A DNA stretch of 64,000 nt from Prorocentrum cordatum (taxonomy: Eukaryota): positions 434,001 to 498,000 of the forward strand of contig CAUYUJ010000192.1 of the NCBI GenBank assembly GCA_963575745.1, written 5' to 3'. Both the position numbers and the translations under genes were made by a program. Positions 57,515 to 64,000 of this stretch are shown one piece after another. Position 1 is the first letter of the stretch; every line of letters begins with the position of its first letter. Under the pieces are notes generated by a model. The model did no database searches, had not been told where the DNA came from, and worked only from the letters and a program-made list of their open reading frames with translations.

Positions 57515-58502
57515 ACTCCTCCTCCTCCTCCTCCTCCTCTCTCCCTCCTCCCTTGCCCTGCCTCCTTGTGTCTTCTCCCTCCACCTCCTCCTCTTCCTCC
57601 TCCTCCTCCTCGTGCTCATCCTCCTCCCTCCTCCTCCTCCGTCGTCCTCCTCCTCCTCCTCCCTCCTCCTCCTCCTCCTCCTCCTTCCTCCCTCCTCCTC
57701 CTCCTCCTCCCTCATCCTCCTCCTCATCCCTCCTCCCTCCCTCCTCCCTTCCTCCTCCCTCCCGTCCCCTCCCCTCCAATCCCTCTCTCCCTCCCCCCCT
57801 TATCCTCCCTCCCTCCCTCCCTCCCCTCCCTCCCTCCCTCCCTTCCCTCCTCCCTCCCTCCCTCCCTCCCTCCTCCTCCTCCTCCTCCTCCTCCTCCTCC
57901 GCCTCCTCCTCCTCCTCCTCCTCCTCCTCTCCTCCTCCTCCCTCCTCCCTTCCTCCTCCTCCTCCATCCTCCTCCTCGCCTCCCTCCCTCCCTCCCTCCT
58001 CCCTCCCTCCCCCCTCCCTCCCTCCCTCCCTCCCTCCTCCCTGGTCTCGCTCGCTTCCCTCCCTCCATCCCGTGTCCCTCCCTCCCTCCCGCCCTCCCTC
58101 CCGGCCCTCCGCTCCCCGCTCCTCCTCCGACTCCTCCTCTCTCCCTCCTCTCCCCTCCTCCTCCTCCCTCCTCCCTACTCCTCCTCCTCCTCCTCCTCCT
58201 CCTCCTCCTCCTCCTCCTCCTCCCTCTCTCTCCGCTCCCTACCCTCCGTCCCGCCTCCCTGTAGCCTCCCTCCTCCCTCCTCCTCATCTCCTCCTCCTCT
58301 TCTCTCCTCCTCCCTCTCTCCCCTCCTCCCTCCTCCTCCTCCCTCCCCTTCCCGCCTCCGCCTCCTCCTCTCTCCCCCTCCTCGTCCTCTCTCCCTCCTC
58401 CTCCTCATGCCTCCTCCTCCTCCTCCTCCTCCTCCTCCTCCTTCCTCGTCCTCCTCCTCCCTTTCCTCCTCCTCCTCCTCCTCCTCCTCCTCCTCCTCCT
58501 CC
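57515..58502 (+). repeat. (TCC)n/(TCCC)n polypyrimidine tract (similar tracts at 35949-36404, 49275-49570, 63262-63390)
   Basis: Direct reading. Confidence 0.95.
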
Positions 58503-58836
58503 TGGAAGCCGAGGAGCGGCTGCTCGTCGCCCTCCTGTTTGAGAGGCAGGGCGACACACGCCAGCATCAGGCGCCCCCCATGGGAGGCGCACGCCCGGGC
58601 CGAGCATAGCGAGCGTTTCCTTGCTCGGCGTCTCGACATGGGGCGGAAGGGGGGGGGAGGGGGGGGGTCTGACTCGGGACCTCTGCCTTGTGCGACTGCT
58701 TGCAGCCATGCGTCCTATTGGGGGGGGGGGCCTCCACCTGCTTGAAACAGGCGCCCCAAACAGCCAAGATCTACTCCATGGGGGGGGGGGAGGGGGGGGT
58801 AAGAGGGCCCGCGCCGCTCGGCAGAACAACGTATAA

Positions 58837-60022
58837 TTATCCCGGCAAAGCAACCTAACAGCGATGTGTAGGAGCATATCTGGAAGCATTCCCCTTAAGA
58901 TTCAGATGATAATCCAGTTGTAGAGTTATGCTGTTCTCGCAGTCGTAGTCGCATTCGCGATGACAGTCGCAGCGGCAACGGCAGACGCAGTCACAGCCTC
59001 CTCAGCCTCAGCCTCAGCCTGCCTCAGCCTCAGCCTGCCTCAGCCTCAGCCTCAGCCTGCTTCAGCCTCAGCCTCAGTCTGCCTTCAGCCTCGGCCTCAG
59101 CCTCAGGCTGCCTCAGCCTCAGCCTACATCAGCCTCACTCAGCCTCAGCCTCAGCCTGCCTCAGCATCAGCCTGCCTCAGCCTCAGCATCAGCCTGCCTC
59201 AGCCTCAGCCTCAGCCTGCCTCAGCCTCAGCCTCAGCCTGCTTCCGCCTCAGCCTCAGTCTGCCTTCAGCCTCGGCCTCAGCCTCAGCCTGCCTCACCGT
59301 CAGCCTGCCTCAGCCTCAGCATCAGCCTGCCTCAGTATTCAAAATGTGGCCCAGGAGTGAAGTTCTGGGAACTCGAAGACCACGAAGTGGCCTACAGTTG
59401 GCTCCGGGCATTCAAAATGTGGCCCGGGAATGAAGTTCTGGGAACTCGAAGACCACGAAGTGGCCTACAGTTGGCCCTGGGCATTCAAAATGTGGCCCGG
59501 GAATGGAGTTCTGAGAACTCGAAGACCACGAAGTGGCCTACAGTTGGCTCCGGGCATTCAAAATGTGCCCGGGAATGGAGTTCTGGGAACTCGAAGACCA
59601 CGAAGTGGCCTACAGTTGGCTCCGGGCATCCAAAATGTGGCCCGGGAATGGAGTTCTGGGAAGTCGAAGACCACGAAGTGGCCTACAGTTGGCTCCGGGC
59701 ATCCAAAATGTGGCCCGGGAATGGAGTTCTGGGAAGTCGAAGAGCACGAAGTGGCCTACAGTTGGCTCCGGGCATCCAAAATGTGGCCCGGGAATGGAGT
59801 TCTGGGAAGTCGAAGAGCACGAAGTGGCCTACAGTTGGCTCCGGGCATTCAGAATGTGGCCCGGGAATGGAGTTCTGGGAGGTCGAAGAGCACGAAGTGT
59901 GTGACTGTTTGCGAAAAACGAGTTCGGACCCAGCTCCCCGGATGCCGCCGGGACCCCCCTGTGGAGTCATCTGCTGGTCTCTTTTGACCCCACTAGAAAC
60001 CTATCAGTCTTCGCTGTTAGGT
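58837..60022. mobile_element. Composite satellite-carrying element, copy 2 (short hexamer array ~340 bp; eight 73-bp units)
   Basis: Same head and tail as copy 1; AA|TTATCCCGGC ... TCGCTGTTAGGT|AAAAAAAA. Confidence 0.85.
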
Positions 60023-60398
60023 AAAAAAAACGATCACATATGCAGCACGAGCACAGTGTTTGGGCGGGGCTGCGACAAATAGGGCGGCTGGACATGGGGG
60101 GTGGCCCAAATGGGAGGTGAAGAAAAAGGCCTCGTGTCCGCGGGCTTTCGGCCGAGGAGCCCAGCACGCGAGGCCGCGGACACGGAAATGCGTCTCGCAA
60201 AAGGAGCAGTCGCGTCTGGCATCCGGCTGCCTTTTTGTCTCGAGGCCGTGCCCGGGTGCCGCGGACCCCCCCCGAGCCACCGCCGCCGCCGCCGCTCGAG
60301 CAGCTGCCGGGCCGAGGGGGAAGAGGCGCGGAGGGATCGAGGACACTGCGCTCAGGTCGGGCATGTCTCCCTGCAGGCGGAGTTTGGGGGACAAAAAA

Positions 60399-62495
60399 TT
60401 ATCCCAGCAAAGCAACCTAACAGCGATGTGTAGGAGCATATCTGAAAGCATTCCCCTTAAGATTCAGATGATAATCCTGTTGTAGAATTCTGCTGTTCTC
60501 GCAGTCGTAGTCGCATTCGCGATGGCAGTCGCAGTGGCAACGGCAGTCGCATTGACAGCCTCAGCCTCAGCCTGCCTCAGCCTCAGCCTCAGCCTGCCTC
60601 AGCCTCAGCCTGCCTCAGCCTCAGCCTCAGCCTGCTTCAGCCTCAACATCAGTCTGCCTTCAGCCTCGGCCTCAGCCTCAGCCTGCCTCAGCCTCAGCCT
60701 GCATCAGCCTCAGCCTCAGCCTCAGCCTCAGCCTGCCTCAGCATCAGCCTGCCTCAGCCTCAGCATCAGACTGCCTCAGCCTCAGCCTCAGCCTGCTTCA
60801 GCCTCAGCTTCAGTCTGCCTTCAGCCTCGGCCTCAGCCTCAGCCTGCCTTAGCCTCAGCCTGCATCAGCCTCAGCCTCAGCCTCAGCCTGCCTCAGCCTC
60901 AGCCTGCCTCAGCCTCAGCCTCAGCCTGCTTCAGCCTCAGCCTCAGTCTGCCTTCAGCCTCGGCCTCAGCCTCAGCCTGCCTCAGCGTCAGCCTGCATCA
61001 GCCTCAGCCTCAGCCTCAGCCTCAGCCTCAGTCTGCCTTCAGCCTCAGCCTCAGCCTCAGCCTGCCTCAGCTTCAGCCTGCATCAGCCTCAGCCTCAGCC
61101 TCAGCCTGCCTCAGCATCAGCCTGCCTCAGCCTCAGCCTCAGCCTGCCTCGCCTCAGCCTCAGCCTGCTTCAGCCTCAGCCTCAGTCTGCCTTCAGCCTC
61201 GGCCTCAGCCTCAGCCTGCCTCAGCCTCAGCCTGCATCAGCCTCAGCCTCAGCCTCAGCCTGCCTCAGCATCAGCCTGCCTCAGCCTCAGCCTCAGCCTC
61301 AGCCTCAGCCTCAGCCTCAGCCTGCTTCAGCCTCAGCCTCAGTCTGCCTTCAGCCTCGGCCTCAGCCTCAGCCTGCCTCAGCCTCAGCCTGCATCAGCCT
61401 CAGCCTCAGCCTCAGCCTGCCTCAGCATCAGCCTGCCTCAGCCTCAGCCTCAGCCTGCCTCAGCCTCAGCCTCAGCCTGCTTCAGCCTCAGCCTCAGTCT
61501 GCCTTCAGCCTCGGCCTCAGCCTCAGCCTGCCTCAGCCTCAGCCTGCCTCAGCCTCAGCATCAGCCTGCCTCAGCATTCAAAATGTGGCCCGGGAATGGA
61601 GTTCTGGGAACTCGAAGAACACGAAGTGGCCTACAGTTGGCTCCGGGCATTCAAAATCATGCCCAGGAATGGAGTTCTGGGAACTCGAAGACCACGAAGT
61701 GGCCTACAGTTGGCTCCGGGCATTCAAAATGTGGCCCGGGAATGGAGTTCTGGGAACTCGAAGACCACGAAGTGGCCTACAGTTGGCTCCGGGCATTCAA
61801 AATGTGGCCCGGGAATGGAGTTCTGGGAACTCGAAGAGCACGAAGTGGCCTACAGTTGGCTCCGGGCATTCAAAATGTGGCCCGGGAATGGAGTTCTGGG
61901 AACTCGAAGAGCACGAAGTGGCCTACAGTTGGCTCCGGGCATTCAAAATGTGGCCCGGGAATGGAGTTCTGGGAACTCGAAGAGCACGAAGTGGCCTACA
62001 GTTGGCTCCGGGCATTCAAAATCATGCCCAGGAATGGAGTTCTGGGAAGTCGAAGACCACGAAGTGGCCTACAGTTGGCTCCGGGCATTCAAAATGTGGC
62101 CCGGGAATGGAGTTCTGGGAAAGCTCGAAGAGCACGAAGTGGCCTACAGTTGGCTCCGGGCATTCAAAATGTGGCCCGGGAATGGAGTTCTGGGAAGTCG
62201 AAGAGCACGAAGTGGCCTACAGTTGGCTCCGGGCATTCAAAATGTGGCCCGGGAATGGAGTTCTGGGAAGTCGAAGAGCACGAAGTGGCCTACAGTTGGC
62301 TCCAGGCATTCAGAATGTGGCCCGGGAATGGAGTTATGGGAGGTCGAAGAGCACGAAGTGTGTGACTGTTTGCGAAAAGCGCATTCGGACACGAGTTCGG
62401 ACACAGCTCCCCGGATGCCGCCCCGACCCCCCTGTGGAGTCATCTGCTGCTCTCTTTTGACCCCACTAGAAACCTATCAGCAAAAGCTGTTAGGT
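60399..62495. mobile_element. Composite satellite-carrying element, copy 3 (hexamer array ~1 kb; eleven 73-bp units), inserted inside a GTCGGG-TIR MITE
   Basis: AAAAAA|TTATCCCAGC ... GCTGTTAGGT|AAAAA; host MITE left arm at 60355-60398 and remainder at 62496-62612. Confidence 0.85.
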
Positions 62496-64000
62496 AAAAA
62501 GTAGCCAAACCAAAACTCAAACATAGTCAAGAATGGTCGAGAAGCATCGTCCCCAAACTGTGCTCTGTGCTCTGGCCACCTCTGGATGCTCCCCCTGCAG
62601 AGGGGGCATGCTCCACGTCCTGCTGCGCGAGGGAGGGGCCTCAGCGTGCTATTGTCGGGAGCGGCAAAGAGGGGGGCGTCCAAGAGGGGGGGGTGCAAAT
62701 CATGGCCGGCGGCATGTGCGCGGCCCGGCGGGGGGGGGCAGGGAGGTACTGAAATAAGAAGGGGCGCCATGAAATCTTGGGAAACATCATGGCCCCCCTA
62801 GCCATCACCCCCCTCTTTTCCGCCCCCGATATTGCTGAAGTCGGGGAACGAAGAATGGCACGAACACAAACGCTCGAAGGTCCGCGCGGATCTCCTGGAG
62901 CGGCGCCTGGGGGCCCCCGGGCGGCGCCTCCGGCGCCGCGGGGGTCGAGCGCCGATCCGAGAAATCCGCGCGGACTTCCGAGTTGTTCTGTTTATGCCAC
63001 TGTTCGTTCCCCTATAACTGGCCATCGCTCGGCCGTCCATTCCCTGTGTTTTTGTTCGGTTTCGTGCGTGGTTTGTTCGCCAAATGGTCGAGGATGCTCC
63101 TCGAAGGTCCTCGCCGAGAAAAAAATGCACACGTCCGAGCGATGCCAAGATAAAGAGCAGATGCTCAGGCCTGCGGAGAAAAGCGGAGCAGCACGCCGAC
63201 GGGCTGCCAGCGGTAGCGTGGAGCCCGCGTCATCCTCCCTCCCAACCTCTGGGGAACAGGACTCCTCCTCCGCCTCCTCCTCCTCCTCCTCGTCCTCCTC
63301 CCTCTTCCTCCTCCTCCTCCTGCCCCTCCTCCTCCTCCTCCTCCTCCTCCTCCTCCTCCTCCTCCTCCCCCCGCCTCCTTCTCCTCCTGACCTCTGGGAA
63401 ACAGGACTCCTGTGCCCACGTCGCGCAGACGGAGCAGTGCAGCGCCATATTGTGCCTGGCGCACCTCCCGCCGCAGACGCAGAGTGTGGCACTGCCCTCT
63501 GGGCGCTCGACACTGGAATGTCCAAGGACGGCAACTCACGTCTGCATAGCGGGCACACTAGAACTGGGCCGTCGTGTTCGCAGCCCCAGCCTCTTCCTCC
63601 TCCTGCTCCTCCTCCCCGAGCCCATATCCCTCCTATGCTCCATCCCCCTCCTCCTTCGGTGGCAACTCCTGGGAACCTCCCATACCATCTCGTCGGCTTT
63701 TGCGAATCCACGCTCATCGACGCCAGTCGACGCCAATCATTGACGCTACATCGACGCTCATCGACGCTAGTCGACGCAAACGTCGGAACTACCTCATCGA
63801 CTCCCATACGCACATCGACGCAAGTCGACGCCACATACGGAATTACCATTATGTCGGGCGTGTACCCCATACAGGCGGATTTTTGGACGAACAATGAAAA
63901 ATACTCCAAGAATGCCAAAAAATTATCAAACAAACAATCGAAACACCTTCCCCAGACTATTGTTCAACTTTTCTTGGAATATTCCTCCTGTAGAGGGACA

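Noticed and set aside
60522..62504. 660-aa ORF (and 529-aa ORF at 10300-11889)
   Set aside because: Composed of hexamer and 73-bp repeats; the same peptides cycle through all frames because 73 is not divisible by 3

Overview
Repeat-dominated, GC-rich eukaryotic genomic DNA. The composition suggests a dinoflagellate, most like Prorocentrum; this is inferred from huge (CTA)n/(GGA)n/(CAT)n tracts, tiny GC3-rich exons with GC/GA/GT donors and LINE remnants, and no search was run. Nearly all long ORFs in the track are simple-repeat translations. Supportable content: (1) about 10 kb of (CTA)n arrays, all in one orientation; (2) a decayed non-LTR retrotransposon (APE endonuclease plus RT, minus strand, ~13.5-17.4 kb), apparently followed head-to-tail by the 5' part of a second copy; (3) a possible decayed Copia-like element split by a CTA array; (4) many small TIR/palindromic (MITE-like) families, several nested; (5) 99-bp, 36-bp (459-bp higher-order) and 13-14-bp satellites; (6) candidate micro-exons of minus-strand host genes. 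The most notable item is a three-copy composite mobile element. It has a fixed head and tail, asymmetric 12-bp inverted repeats, A-tract insertion sites, a variable (GCCTCA)n array and 8-11 copies of a highly self-complementary 73-bp unit, resembling a non-autonomous Helentron/DINE-type satellite carrier. No rRNA, tRNA, CRISPR array or intact transposase/RT gene was found.
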